Origin: Lingula anatina
Taxonomy: Eukaryota; Animalia; Brachiopoda
Assembly (NCBI GenBank): GCA_051362555.1
Contig: CM120643.1
Coordinates: 6,696,001 to 6,760,000 of the forward strand
DNA: 64,000 nucleotides
Reading direction: 5' to 3'
Within the stretch, counting starts at the first letter, position 1, and each line of letters starts with the position of its first letter. Positions 27,260 to 40,927 of this stretch are shown in pieces. Below the pieces are notes generated by a model. The model worked only from the letters and a program-made list of their open reading frames with translations, had not been told where the DNA came from and ran no database searches. Made by a program: the position numbers and the translations under genes.

Positions 27260-27640
27260 TGTATACATGTATGCGTGGATATAGCTGTAGAAGTAAAGCT
27301 ATCGCCTGCGTCTGTTGTCGTCGCCCTGCATATTTCACTGTTATAGCAATAAATTGATAATCGTGTGGCTTTTTCTTTTGTTATACTCAAACTTACTGGA
27401 GTAATTCACGTTAAAATGGCAGATATAGTGGGTCTTTTTTCCTTAAATTATCCCGCTTTTTTTTTTTTACTTTTCTGTTATAGGCCTATATTGTAATGTA
27501 AGATTTGTTAACGCAATAAAAGAAAAACCCCGTGACTTACTGTATTATACTGAAATTTACAGAATCACTTTTTATATGAGTATAAAACACAGGCCAAGGC
27601 AAATGTCAACTTTATCGGACCATTTTTGGCGAAGGTTATC
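27260..27640. mobile_element. Old HINE-related fragment in opposite orientation
   Basis: CTGCGTCTGTTGTCGTCGCC.TGCA.TTT is the reverse complement of the HINE microsatellite end, followed by degenerate monomers. Confidence 0.5.
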
Positions 27641-30600
27641 ACATGTCCCCCTTTCCTTCGAATGGAATGTGTCGTCTCTCCTGACGCTCTGCTTTCCGTA
27701 GTTGTTATAACTACAGCTTGCTCGAGTCTTTCTTAACACTTTCTTGCAAAAATAATTTGTAATTGGATATACATAAATATTCTGTCGTTAAAGAGTCTAG
27801 ATTTATGATTTTAGTCGCAACGAGAGAAAATAATAAAGCTTGATAAAAGTATTGATCAAATAGGCCCATGATCATTAATATAAAGCGTGTTATTATAAAT
27901 AGGTAATAATTTACAAGTAATTAGCTTCACTTGTTTCGGCTTCTCGATCCTAGACAACGTCTCGACGTGAATTCCCAGAGAAAAAAATGTATCGCCTGCA
28001 GGGCCTCAAGTACGGTTACCACTGTAACATGGTACTCTTTTTTCATATAAATGAAATTCATGACATTTGGACACTCTTGAAATATGTGCATTCAGTATAA
28101 AAAGTTTTGAGTATTTAAAAAAATTATTATGATACTTCGGAGAAATTATATGAAAATGATCATATCAGCGTCCTCTGTCATTTATCGCTGTCTTCAAGAC
28201 ATATTAGACGAGTATGTAAGCTTCACTTTAATTCATTGGGACAACATTTCAGAGGAAGAATTTGATAGAGTAAATCAGCGCTTAATTATAATGTCACGAT
28301 GATTTTCTAGCATAACGTCAGCATAACATTTGCTGGAACTTATTTTAATTTTAGTTCCTTTCGTAGCGTTGACGCTTTGCCAGTTAATTTTCTAGCGCTG
28401 CGTTTTTAGTAATGACGCTCTTTCTCAATAGACGTCATCTTTGAATTCGAAGTCCATCTTTGTGAATTACTATACTTGAAACATACGGTAGTTATATAAG
28501 TAGAAAAGATAAATCTGAACAGGTTTTTTTAGAAGCAAAAGTTGTAAAAGTTTGTATAACCTGGTGTGTTAGAGTTAAAGGACAACAAGTAAACACCCGA
28601 ACGCACTCAAAACTCAATTTCCCCGACTCTCCCAAACCTTTTATACCATCATCATACCCTCCCCCCCCCCCCCATAATATTTGTGTCGTTTTATTTCAAC
28701 ATATTTCTCTATTGAATGGTTCGTCGAAATCTAATTTAAACTAAAATATCATATTGTCATTTTCAATGGCTTATTAGGTAATTTCTTTCTGAACTTTTTA
28801 TCCCCCCTCCCCGCCTCGCGTTATGTCTTAACTAACACAATGGGGGGATATTTTGTGGAGTCCGTCACAATCATGGTTGAGACAGCATCAGAATCAAAAC
28901 ACCGCAGTCTCTATCGTAAGGTCTACTTGGTCAAACATAGCAAAAACTGCTCAGATATTTAAATCAGTGAACCTTATTGAGTCATATCAAGAAAGCCAGT
29001 GACCTACATAATGTCGTTTCAATTTGGGGTTGATAAGGATCTGAAGTTAATTTTCGTCTGGCATTTTTTTACATATACTGAACACAAACGTCGTCCAATG
29101 TATTTTTAATGTTGTAAAGTACAAATGAAGTTTCATCCGTAAAATATTGGTGAGAGTTGAAAAGGAAAGGCGGTCACTTCAGCCTGCCACCTCCCCCTAC
29201 CATGAATGTAATGGGATGGACAGCCTGGAAGGAGACGTCACTGCCTCAGTGCTGAGTGATAAGGAAGTGGATCGAAGGCGGCTTAGATATTAAGTATACG
29301 ATTATCGTAATTTCAGCCATATCAGTATAACGTTTTAAGAAATCAATGTTAGGTATTTGGTGATAAGTTACTTGTGATTTATTTTTGAAAAGTATTTTGA
29401 CACCCGTTTGCTTAAAAGTGGTTTTGACCATTTCCCAACATTTTCCCCCACGTACAATTTATTTCCTCCTTCACTTCATCTCGCCACGTCTCATAAAACA
29501 AAGATGCAGTTGCACTTCATGTTCAGTATTTTGACCTTTGTCGGTAGAAATAGTAATGGCAGTGGAAGTTTACCGTGAGAAATGGCCAAGGAGGGGGAGA
29601 TGCTGTGAAATGTCTTGTGAGGGTCTGGCTATTGGCATGTTGATATTTACATGTAGTGAACGGTTGGTAGTGGAATTATAGAATATGATATAGGTAAAGT
29701 AATGAACGTCCATTTCCTAAGTAAAGAACATAATTCAAGTATTAAGGAGGTATAGTAATAAACTTCCATTTCGAATATTGGCAAGATTTCATAAATTAAT
29801 ATTTAATATTTCGTTTCATTAAAATGTGTGAGCTAAATTGAAGTTATATTGATTTCTGCGTGACATATTATAAGATCAACCTTTCCAAGACATAAGGGCA
29901 AGCTGATAGCCCGAAATGCTGTTTGGAACGGATTTGAAAAGGCTCTGTCTAAAAGTGTCTTTTACGTGTTTTTTTTAATATAACATTACGAATTTGAGGT
30001 CTTTTACGAATTAAATGTAACATATTTAAAACGTAATGATATATCAGAATGCATGGTCATCAGTTAAAAACTTGCTTTATTGTATTGAAATATGTTCTAT
30101 ACTATCTTATTGTCAAGTTTGTCACACGTGACATGTAAAATGATACTATTTGTGGTATTCTTCAGCAAGACAGCAAGGGATGACTTCAAGTTTAGATGGG
30201 AATTAAGTACGCACAAATACACACATTTTATGTCGGTTTAAAGCACAATATTTTTCTATAATATTCAGAATTCTGTAATATTGAGTTTCACCTAAATCAC
30301 CAAAGGACACATTATCGAAATCGTTGATAAATTCTACAAGTCCGGTGTCGAATTTTTAATTTCTCTTTTCACCAGCGTGAGTATATTCTTCAGTCTCAGA
30401 TTCTCAAAATTGACTGAAATCTAGAATGTATCGACTGACGCTCATTGTGTGTCTTTCTTTTAATGTTAAGATGAGAAAAAAGGATTATCGTCTCTTGAAA
30501 TTTGCTGTGTTGTTGAGTAAGAGATGTCATTTTACGAATCAAGATCGATTATTTTGTGTCACAAGTGAAGTATGTAGAATTAAGAAATTTCCATTTGAGA

Positions 30601-31019
30601 AAAAATTCGATTTGAGAAATATCCCTTCTTGAAAAGCTGATTTCGTACATGTAAATACCCTTCATATGATGGAAAAGAAACTACTTTCGTGTTTTACTTA
30701 TCTCTGAAGGTATAGTTCTTACAATGTAAAATATGACACGTTTTATCATTTTTACACTGTTAAATATGTTTTATCATGAAAAATAACTGATATTTTTGTC
30801 ATTAATCTGTTGAACAAATACAGGTTCTGGGTAAAGATGACGGGACCATTTATGTGATTGAAAATTGTTTTATTTTCCAAATTTAACTGTTTTCGGCAAT
30901 TCTCCTTAACCAGCATCTTTCATTCTATTGACCAGATGATACAGAAATTAGGGATATTTTCTCGTATTTAGAACATTTTATGTTCAGAGGGTTGCTAAAC
31001 ATTTCTTACAAGATTTTTG

Positions 31020-31190
31020 AAATTGAAAATGGATGTAGGAAATATGAGAAATGTCATGATCTGTTCCTTGGATTTTAACCCAGATTTCATGTAAATGTAG
31101 TATGTTTTCTAATTGAAAATGGATGTAGGAAATATGAGAAATATCGTGATCTGTCCCTTGGATTTTAACCCAGGTTTCATAGGTGAACAT
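31020..31190. repeat. 90-bp tandem duplication
   Basis: AATTGAAAATGGATGTAGGAAATATGAGAAAT...CCTTGGATTTTAACCCAG twice. Confidence 0.9.
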
Positions 31191-31335
31191 GTAGTTTGTT
31201 TTCTAAAAAGGATTTTTTTTCAATTTCATATTTCTTTTATAATCTAATGTTCATTATTCTTTCAGTTTTGTCAAAAGCTGGGTAAACGCTGTATTTGTTT
31301 TTTTACGTATTTTGACACTTTTTTTTTTTGGCTTA

Positions 31336-31539
31336 AGCCCCCTCTACACTGGACGGCGTCCTTTCTGCGTCTCGTAGTACGGCCCCGTTTGAGAGTAAAA
31401 AAAAAAAATTCGTGCCGACATCTGGCCGATCATTGAGCATTCATTCTGAAATCAAAGCGATGCTTGTTCCTCCTTTCTATGTCAGTTTCATGGTCGCACA
31501 AAGGACGCAGAAAGGACGCCGTCCAGTGTAAAGGGGTTT
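31336..31539. mobile_element. ~205-bp MITE (Harbinger-like), copy 2
   Basis: TIR CCCCT.TACACTGGACGGCGTCCTTTCTGCGTC at both ends; internal sequence homologous (inverted) to 13891-14110. Confidence 0.85.
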
Positions 31540-31662
31540 TTAACAACGAATGTATGTCCGTTTTGTCTTCCTAACGATACGTGTCCGACTTAAAAAGCGT
31601 TCAATTTTAAAGATCATTTAAGAAAAATCTCATAATTGTCATTATTATACAGAAAAAAAAAA

Positions 31663-31798
31663 CAATGGCGGATCCAGGACATTTGAAAGGGGTCGGATGT
31701 TGACATTTGGAGCGAGATGGAGTATTTTGGGGATTTGATCATGTGAGCCCAGAATAAGTCTCTCTCCTCGGGGAGGGCGGAGACTAGATCCACCATTG
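31663..31798. mobile_element. Small hAT-like MITE
   Basis: TIR CAATGGCGGATCCAG / CTAGATCCACCATTG. Confidence 0.6.
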
Positions 31799-32164
31799 TT
31801 TTTTTTTTTAATTTTAATGAAGAAGTTGAAATATATTGTTTTTGTCATTAAGAACAAACATAAGACCATTAATTTGGTAGATAGTTTATTCGTCAAGTCG
31901 AATATAGAAGAATGTTAAGAATGTTATATTTTTACACCTGTAAGTGAATTTAAATGCAGACATCATAATATTATACTATAATATCATAATATTCTTTTAG
32001 ATACTAAACGCTTTTTAACTTGTAGTAATAAAAAGACTGAAGACGATGATATTTTATAGATTTATGTTTTATAAATAATTGAGTACATAAAAGCAATTTG
32101 TATTGCTTCTTGCTCTTAATAAAAAAACTTATTGAATATACAAAATGTCTTAGCGTTTTTACTG

Positions 32165-32550
32165 ATGGCTATATTGCTCAGTGGTAGCGTGGGGTTGGGG
32201 TTCGATTCCTGGCTCGGGCACTTTGGAAATACAATGAGGTGCTATTAGAAATTGTCTTTGGTTACTATAAGAAGAAAGTCTACACGAGGAGGGTGGGTGG
32301 GAACACTTAGAGGAGTAGGTAACGCGCTTGCCTCCGAGACAGAAGGTCCCCAGTTCGATTCCTGGCGCTTCTAGGTCCCAGCAAATTACCTTTTGCAAAA
32401 ATAAACCCAAATAAACAATTCAAACTACTATAAGAGGATCATACGAATGAGGAAAAACGCGAACTGAGATAGTGGCTCAGTAGGTAAGGCGACAGACTAA
32501 GAAGTAGAAAAGGGAAAGCTAGGAGTTAAAAACCTAAGGTTCAAGTCGAG
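32165..32550 (+). repeat. Three degenerate tRNA-derived (SINE-head-like) units
   Basis: A-box/B-box pairs: TTGCTCAGTGG..GGTTCGATTCC (32174-32210), GAGTAGGTAA..AGTTCGATTCC (32313-32362), TGGCTCAGTAGG..GGTTCAAGTC (32473-32547). No complete cloverleaf. Confidence 0.55.
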
Positions 32551-35500
32551 CTGCAGAAAAGTAAGTCAAGAATAAACATGTGACATTTTGCACATCATCT
32601 ATTACAACTTTTATATACGTTTATTATAACAAATACAAACAACTGCACCATACAGATGTATGCAAAATCCGAACATTACGTTTTGGCTCTACATAAAAAG
32701 TAATTTTCATAACGACTGCGCAATTTGAGATATAAATTAATCTTAAATACAACTATCTACAACTAAATGTGTGGGAGATTATATGCATTTTGAAAAGTGT
32801 CGCTCAAGATCAATCGTTTTGGTTTTAATAAAGAACATGAAATCTCCCTTTTTTATATTTTTGCCCAAAGTTAAAAGAGAAAGTTGAAGATTCGAAGTGA
32901 AGTATTTTACAGCAATCGTTCAAAGTTGAAATTGGAGTATTTGTCTTATGAGTGAGCCAAAATGTCACCAAGGGACATTTTTATCCAAAATTCAAGGGTG
33001 GCAACAGTATGGATAATTCAAAATGCATATGATCTCATGTAAGCGTTCCCCCCGCACGCGGGTACACACTCATGACCCCACAACTAACTGTATGTCCCCA
33101 TGCTGATGATTACACAAAACACCAAACAGCAGTCAAACATTATTCAATTCTGTTAATTTAATGAGCGCTTTTCTTATAGATAAATAAATATGTACCTCAT
33201 ATTTTGTGTCATTTTTCTTCTCTTTAAATCTTAAAATAGGATTTAGGTGGCACAATTTTGAATGAACACTTAAATTTATGGGTCGTGCGAATCAAGAACA
33301 GCATGAAGACATGGTCAGTTTACAACCTTATCCCAGTCATTTCTAAGAACAATATGTGCACCAAATTAGAAAAGGTTATGCAAAAACAAGTTTACTTGAA
33401 ATAATTAAGCACATTTACTCAGAAAATGCTAATAAACTCAACGGTCTCTGGTTTTCAGTGGTCAAGAAACACTCAGCAAAAATAATCCAACAGCACGTGC
33501 AGGACTGGCACCTAATCAGGCCTTTTGTTCTAAGTCACTCCTTGATCCCGACCGAAATATAGAATTAAGAAAATACTAAGTACAAGATCAACATTAAGTA
33601 AAACACTGACCTTCCAATTTTGTGGATATCTTTTACACTTACCAATCAAAGTGTGATTTTTTAAAATAAATTTTTTGTTTTTTCATGTTTGATTAGAAAA
33701 AAAAATTTAGACGATTAACTGACCAAGCTTCTTTAATTACTAAGAAATACCCATTTCCCCAAATCAGAACTTTGCGACAACTTTAGTTTCGGATTTTTCA
33801 AAATTTCAACTTGTAAAAGATTCGATATATGCCAGTTCTACATGTACATTTTAATTGACGCAAAAGGAAACACTTTCTGCTAATCACAGTTTCTCTTTGT
33901 GAGTATTTCCGCTGTGTAATGAAGGTATAAAGTTAATTTCCCTTCTTTAATAAAAAAACTTATTAATTGCGAAAAAAACTAACCCAACCCCTGACTTGAT
34001 TTTCTGAAAACGAACATTTCTACCCCCTCCCAGCAATAAAACTATGGGTCTATCACTGATCAGACATAGTACTAGTATATCAAAATACCGGGAACCCAAG
34101 GAAGTTTATTCTTACCATGCGTCATAACCGCATATTCATAATTTTAGAAAGCCCCGTTTTAATACGTGTGGGCAATTCTGCAATAACTCTTAAAAGTGTC
34201 ATATTTTGGATTACAGCGTTTACAGTTTATTGTAAATTTACGTTTCCCTCATTTCATCCAATGAACCCACAATAAAAGATTCCTGAATGCATTTTACGTA
34301 TTTTTCTATTCTAAATTTAACTTCATAAAAATTAATATTTGTCTTCAATTTTATATGAATAATCACGCATTTTTAAGTGCACAATAAAACGTCTTATTAC
34401 ATATTTGCCCACACATATAATTTTGCAATCAAACATTGAACCGGTCGTACTAGCACTGTGCTCTGCCTGGACTTTACTTAATGATAATTTTACAATTACT
34501 TTCATTTTCATAGATCACTTAAGCAAGACATTTTAGTATAACCTCAAAAGTGTCGTTTCAGATTCGAAAACTGGTCGGTCTAAACAAAAATTTAAATTAC
34601 AATAAAAACATCGTGCGAGGATAGAGTGCTGTACTACAACTTTTTTTCACATGTATAATAATAAACCAGCGACGTGCAGGGTTGACGCTTGGATTTAGTC
34701 CATTTTATCGGAAGTTTCATGAAAAAACCACTCGTTACAAGCTGCACTTCATTTGATACACGTTTTGATGCAGAATATTACAACCCAAAGCACACATTTC
34801 AAACCAAAGCAAATGTCAACCCTGCAAATTGACTATACGACAAACTTCGGCACACAAGACAACGTTGACATGGGTGCGGGCGCTAGCGAACACGAATCTG
34901 ATGTCTTTTCTGGGAGTGCGTCCATTCTCATCGTAGACGGTTGTTATGAGGCACTGAAATTAAATGAAAATGAAATGGATTAAACAAAATTCATAACAAT
35001 ATCTTAGGATTTGACAAAGTGAAATACATAATATTAATAATAATCTTGATTGGTTTTTGGCTTTCTTAGTTATACATTATTTTGCGTATTTTGTGGGTAG
35101 TGTGATATAAATTCAGGATTTTATTGCTACATGTGCTTTTTAAAACTTCTTCAGAATGATTTCAACACTTACTTTATACCAATGCATCCACACTTAAATA
35201 AATTCGTAATCCGAATACTGGCACTTTAGCTCAACTTTTTAAAAATCAAATACTTTATGCAAACAATTTATTTCAGATTATAATATCAAGGACGGTATGT
35301 AATCGAAATTGCAATCAGAAAAAAATGAAGTCAAGGGAGGTCGACAGTGCCCTGCAAATATACGGTTGCTTTCCTGGTCGCGGGCAGTTCTCTATAAAAT
35401 AATTTGTTTATTGTCAGTTCACTTTAATAAACAGGATATATTTGTACAGGTCACTGTAAAAAAATAAAAAAGGCACCCATTGGGAGCTGAGAATGTTACA

Positions 35501-36284
35501 GTAGTTACCTGCTTTGTCGTCTTGCTTTGTATAAGACGGAATAACGCGTTCAGACCTTTGGACGGCTGGAATAATCTTCTCACTTCTTTATGAGTAAATA
35601 CTTTCCTTCTGGAAAAGCAATATAAAAAGTTATTAAACTTTCCAAGCTCATTTCAGCATTCATGTCAATGAAATATATCCAAGAGCCATTACGTCTGAAG
35701 TGGGAAATGCATACTTTTGGATAAAATATCGTCAACATAAACCGATCAGTGTTGCCTTATATCATCTATACAGTACTTACAACAAACTACATCAGTTCTC
35801 AGTGCCAAAATTTCAGTCTACGTGTGGAAATTGTGGCAATGTGGCACGTGAAGCTTCTTCCTCTTCCTTCTGACCTTGGTCCTATCTGAATACCTCTCAC
35901 CAAAATGCTCACCTGGTTTACATAATAATAGCACTGACTGTGGCATTGTGTTAGAGAAGACACGATGCGGCTTAACGCAATCTAAACGTCATCATCAGGT
36001 TATTGCACAAACAAACCATTTTGTTTTGTCCATCTATAGACCTTCATCCCAAATGAGTTTTTTTTATTATTAAAGCATCCCAATTAAAACATACTGACGC
36101 CTATTGCTCTAGCACCGTAAATATTTTTAAATATTGTTAAAACACTAGAGTTGTGGCGACTAAGGTTTGTACATGTAGGCCTATATCTAACATTTTAATT
36201 TTTATGCAGCAGTACATATGAACCCAAATATGCTTCTTAGAAAAAATAAATCACATAAGAATCAGTTTACTGAGTTACGCATCA

Positions 36285-36521
36285 TTCGTGAAGGTATTGT
36301 TTTCTGATTTCATTGTTTGTTCTCTGTTGTCGCGAGTCTGTGGTTGCGTGCGACGTTGTATATGTGCGCACGCATGTTATTACGTCGCTCATTCTTCTTT
36401 GTTACGTTAAAATGATACATACGTTACCGATACATACGTTACCATAAAGCGTGTAAATATTCTATTTTCACTGTTTTTCTTTCGCTTTGTGGGCCATCAC
36501 TTATGTCTTTTATTTGTGTTT
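36285..36521. repeat. Single arm of the foldback repeat family
   Basis: Same sequence as 37960-38195; abuts the Tc1 fragment. Confidence 0.85.
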
Positions 36522-37135
36522 CAGGCTGAAGAATAGTTGACCCTAGTTCACTCCACGTTGCCTGTTTTGTAACGATATAAGAGGTTTCAGTCTTGCTACC
36601 CTGCTGTACATTCTCTGGGCATGTAGCCGACGCCTAGCAGTTTTCACAGACACATTCTTATGTGTGAAATTGTTCCACTGTGTTGTCAACTGACAAGCAG
36701 TGTCGAACTTTGACAACCTGGACATCAAAATCAGTCATCGGTCTTCACGGCCAGTAGTTTTTCTTGGACGACCCATCAGAGACAATTTGTCTCTTGATCC
36801 AGTGTTTCTATACCGAGACCAGACCCTCTGCACGGTTCTGACTAAACAATTCAATTGTATCGATATACTGACATTGCTTATATTCCGCCTCTTCAGGTTA
36901 ATAACTTGCACCTATAACCGTTAGATAATTAGGGCCTACCTGTATTTTGCCATATTGGAGGAAGACAGGAATAACATTTTCTGTACATGTACAAGACCAA
37001 CAATACAATTCCATGGTATAGCAGTTTTATACTCATTAGTCACATTATAAGTAGACCAGGCATTATAAGTACCCAAGATCTGCCTACTTTTTTTGCTCTG
37101 AGTTAGGGGGTGACACTTCTTTTGTCCAGTGTGTG
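36522..37135 (-). mobile_element. Tc1/mariner 5' fragment (TIR plus DNA-binding region of transposase, pseudogenised)
   Basis: From ATG ~36953: ...RTVQRVWSRYRNTGS...GRPRKTTGREDR*...VSVKTARRRLH....SRVARLKPLIS; end CACTGGACAAAAGAAGTGTCACC; in-frame stops. Confidence 0.85.
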
Positions 37136-37941
37136 TACTTCGTAGAAAGGTAAAAAGTCATGAATATATATGCTGCATATTACCAAATCTATATAAGGTT
37201 ATTTCATGCATTCTGTTGGTATAGCAATCAATAAAACAAATATCAAATAAACAGCGTGTCTTTATTTGTACTCTCAGAAAATTAAAGCATTGTAAACACT
37301 TCACAGAATTGTTAAAAAAATGAAGCAAAGATAGGCCTATGCTTCCTACTACCAAATCTAAAAAAGGTAATTTCGGTCGATGCCATTTTGTCTACTTCGA
37401 CTCACACGTAGCAGCCAACTATCGGGTGGCCTGTCCGACCTTCATCCACCAAATACCACGACACTCTTGTCGACCCATTTTTCGCTACAAAAAAAAAAAC
37501 CTGGCATGTGCTGCTTTGGACAGAATGTCACTGAAATTTTCCGGGCGATGATCGCTGGCCGCGTCCAGCCTTTCGTATAATTGTAAAAGGGTGATATCTC
37601 CATGTCCAATATCAATGGCAAACCAATCCAAAACGACAACCCCCGTTCTCTTTATGACTTTTTGTCGTGTATTTTGAAATTAATGCTAGAGATGAATTTG
37701 ACGGAAAAGCGGCCATATTTCCACGTGGTGATAATACTTATGCGCAGAAAGCTCATTTTCCGGACTCTTTTTTTTTTTTTTTTTTTTTGAGAACGGACGA
37801 AAATCGGTGCGCGCGCAGGATGTCATCCATAAAAATAAAAAAGTGTGGCCTTACCGATACTTTCAAGGTGCATCAATATATATACTTCTACTTTTATCAA
37901 GATCTATACGGCAAATAAATATGAATCCTCAAAGTAAATAT

Positions 37942-38434
37942 GATACATACGTTACCAAATAACGTGAAGGTATTGTTTTCTGATTTCTTTGTTTGTTCTC
38001 TGCTGTCGTGACTCTGTGGTTGTGTGCGACGTTGTATGCGCAAGCTTGTTTTTACGTCGCTTATTCTTCTTTGTTACGTTAAAATGATACATACGATACC
38101 GATACATACGTTACCATGAAGCGTGTAAATATTTATTCTATTTTCATTGGTTTTCTTTCGCTTTGTGGGCCAACACTTTTGTCTTTTATTTGTGTTTCAT
38201 TAAAATAGTGTTGGCACACAAAAGGCGAGACAACCAATGAAAATAGAATAAAAAATATTTACACGCTTTATGGTAACGTATGTATCATTTTAACGTAACA
38301 AAGAAGAATGAGCGACGTAATAACATGCGTGCGCACATATACAACGTCGCATGCAACCACAGACTCGCGACAACAGAGAACAAACAATGAAATCAGAAAA
38401 CAATACCTTCACATTATTTGGTAACGTATGTATC
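37942..38434. repeat. ~490-bp foldback (inverted arms of ~230 bp, ~30-bp spacer)
   Basis: 37942-38177 is the reverse complement of 38208-38434. Confidence 0.9.
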
Positions 38435-38539
38435 GGTGACGTATGTATCATATAAAGAATTTCAACAAACGGTTTCAAGACAAGTAATCTTTACTTGCCC
38501 TGCTTTTCCTTCTTATCGTAATGTTGTATACCGCAAGAA

Positions 38540-39615
38540 TAAGGCGTTTGCTCACAAGACGGACAACAAACAATAAAAAATAAAAAGTATTTATACGCCA
38601 CATGGTAAGTATTTTCTTTGGTTGTCTTTCGTTTTGTACGCCAACACTTATGTCTTAATGTTACATAAAAATGAAAGAAAACGAGACAAAAAAGATTTCT
38701 TGCCGTCAACTATCTGTGAAAATTGTTCATATGATACATATACGTTACCTATATATATATATATACATGGCCAAATAATATGAAGGTGTTGTTTTCTGAT
38801 TCCATTGATTGTTTTCTGTTGTCACGGCTTTTTTAGTGCGTGCGACTTTGTACATATATATGTGCGCACGTTTGTACGTCGTTCTTTCTGTTTGTTACGT
38901 CAATATGATACATACGCTACCGATAAATACGTTACCATGAAGCGTGTAAATATTTATTTATTCTATTTTCATTGGTTGTCTTTCGTTTTGTGGGCCAGCA
39001 CTTATGTCTTAATGCTACATTAAAATGAAAGAAAATGAGACAAATAAGATTTCCTGCCTTCAACCATCTGTGAAAATTCTCCATTTGATTCATACGTTAC
39101 CGATATATATGTACGTGACCAAATGTCACGACTTTGTGAGTGGGTGTGACTTTGTATATGTGCGCACTACGTTTTACGGCCTTCATTCTTATTTGTTACG
39201 TAAATATGATACATATACGTTACCAAATAACGTGAAGGTATTGTTTTCTGATTTCATTGTTTGTTCTCTGTTGTCTGTGGTTGCGTGCGACGTTGCATAT
39301 GTGCGCACGCTTGTTTTTACGTCGCTTATTCTTCTTTTTTGCGTTAAAAGGATACATACGTTACCGATACATACGTTACCATGAAGCGTGTAAATATTTA
39401 TTATATTTTCATTGGTTTTCTTTCGCTTTGTGGGCCAACACTTATGTCTTTTATTTGTGTTTCATTAAAATAGTGTTGGCGCACAAAAGGAGAGACAACC
39501 AATGAAAATAGAATAAAAAAATATTTACACGCTTTATGGTAACGTATGTACCATTTTAACGTAACAAAGAAGAATGAGCGACGTAATAACATGCGTGCGC
39601 ACATATACAACGTCG
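38540..39615. repeat. Further tandem and inverted copies of the foldback family
   Basis: GATACATACGTTACC core repeated in both orientations; second foldback 39207-39615 is truncated on the right. Confidence 0.85.
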
Positions 39616-39869
39616 CTGACTTGATATCTGTAAAAGATTCTGCAGGGAGAAATGGGAGACATAGCCTAATTTTTTACCTCTCAAAAAGTTTGCAATATTT
39701 TGTCTTTCAGTGGTCCCCGATTCTTTAATATTACCAATGTTATCACTTTGAACCACATAAAATACTTTTAGAAGTAAAAGAATCATATTAGAAACTATCA
39801 CTACACTTTCTTTTTATCATTTTATTTTTATTCATCTTAGTATTGCCACTGACATATCTACTAGTGCCT

Positions 39870-40130
39870 CAATTTAGGACTCATTCCCAATGACACTATT
39901 GGTCTATGTAAATCGATCCAACTCCACAGGGACTCTTGCTGAATGCAATTGGATTGGCTCGCCTCCTTTTGTTTATAACATGCTTGTTTTCCATTTTCTA
40001 CTCAAAGCTAGGGGGTGGTATGCTAATCTCTTAATCTGATTACATTCAGCAAGAGTCCCCCTGAATTGATCTACCTAGACAGATAAAGCACTGAATGCAC
40101 TCTTATTTTTATTGGGACTGAGTTCTTAGA
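39870..40130. mobile_element. Degenerate inverted-repeat element (MITE)
   Basis: GGGACTCTTGCTGAATG / CATTCAGCAAGAGTCCC and outer AGGACTCATTCCCAAT / ATTGGGACTGAGTTCT. Confidence 0.6.
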
Positions 40131-40811
40131 CCTAAATATTCTTACACAGTCATATAAATAAAATAACAACAATAAATAATAATTTTTAATATTTATTTAT
40201 AATCAAAAGTTGGTTGGTACATTTATAATGTTGAAATGATAATTCTCAGAAAAACAAAGGTCAAATACATTTTCAAGAAGTGCATTAAAATTGAAAGTTA
40301 TGTATAAAGTTGATGAAATTATATAATTACCTAATATAATATAAGTATGATAAATAGTGACAAAAACTGCATTGTAGACTTTCAATTTAATTTTCAAAGA
40401 CATAAAAACAGTATTCATAAACATTTGCACAGTACTTTTTACTTACATTTTTGCATTAAAAATTCCCCATGTAAATTTATATGTACTTTGTAATATTTCA
40501 TAAGGAAACAAAAGTCTGAAATTCACAGCAAAGAGACTGTTGCCACTTTAAAAATGTTCTCTCTCTGATCACTGTATATCATGACCACAGTGTGTTCAGT
40601 GATTTCCATATGAGACTACAGACACATATACAACTATGATCCCCACTGCACTGATGAATACAATAGTCACATCATATTACCTGGTTGGAGTTCTGTGTAA
40701 ATAACAAATATCTTCAATATGACAGTAAGTGTAAATGAAACTCTCAAGTGGTGAAAAGCTTTAAAATTTTTATTGATCAAGTATCCTTCATCAGTTTTGT
40801 ATAGATATAAG

Positions 40812-40927
40812 CAGGCCCGTAGCCAGCAATTTCAAATGGGAGGTTCGTTTTCTGAAAATGTGGACCTTTTCCCAGCAAAAAGGGCGGTTCTTTTGAACCC
40901 CCCGAACCCCCCCTGGCTACAGGCCTG
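40812..40927. mobile_element. 116-bp MITE with hAT-like ends
   Basis: TIR CAGGCCCGTAGCCAG / CTGGCTACAGGCCTG; ATAAG duplicated on both flanks. Confidence 0.8.
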
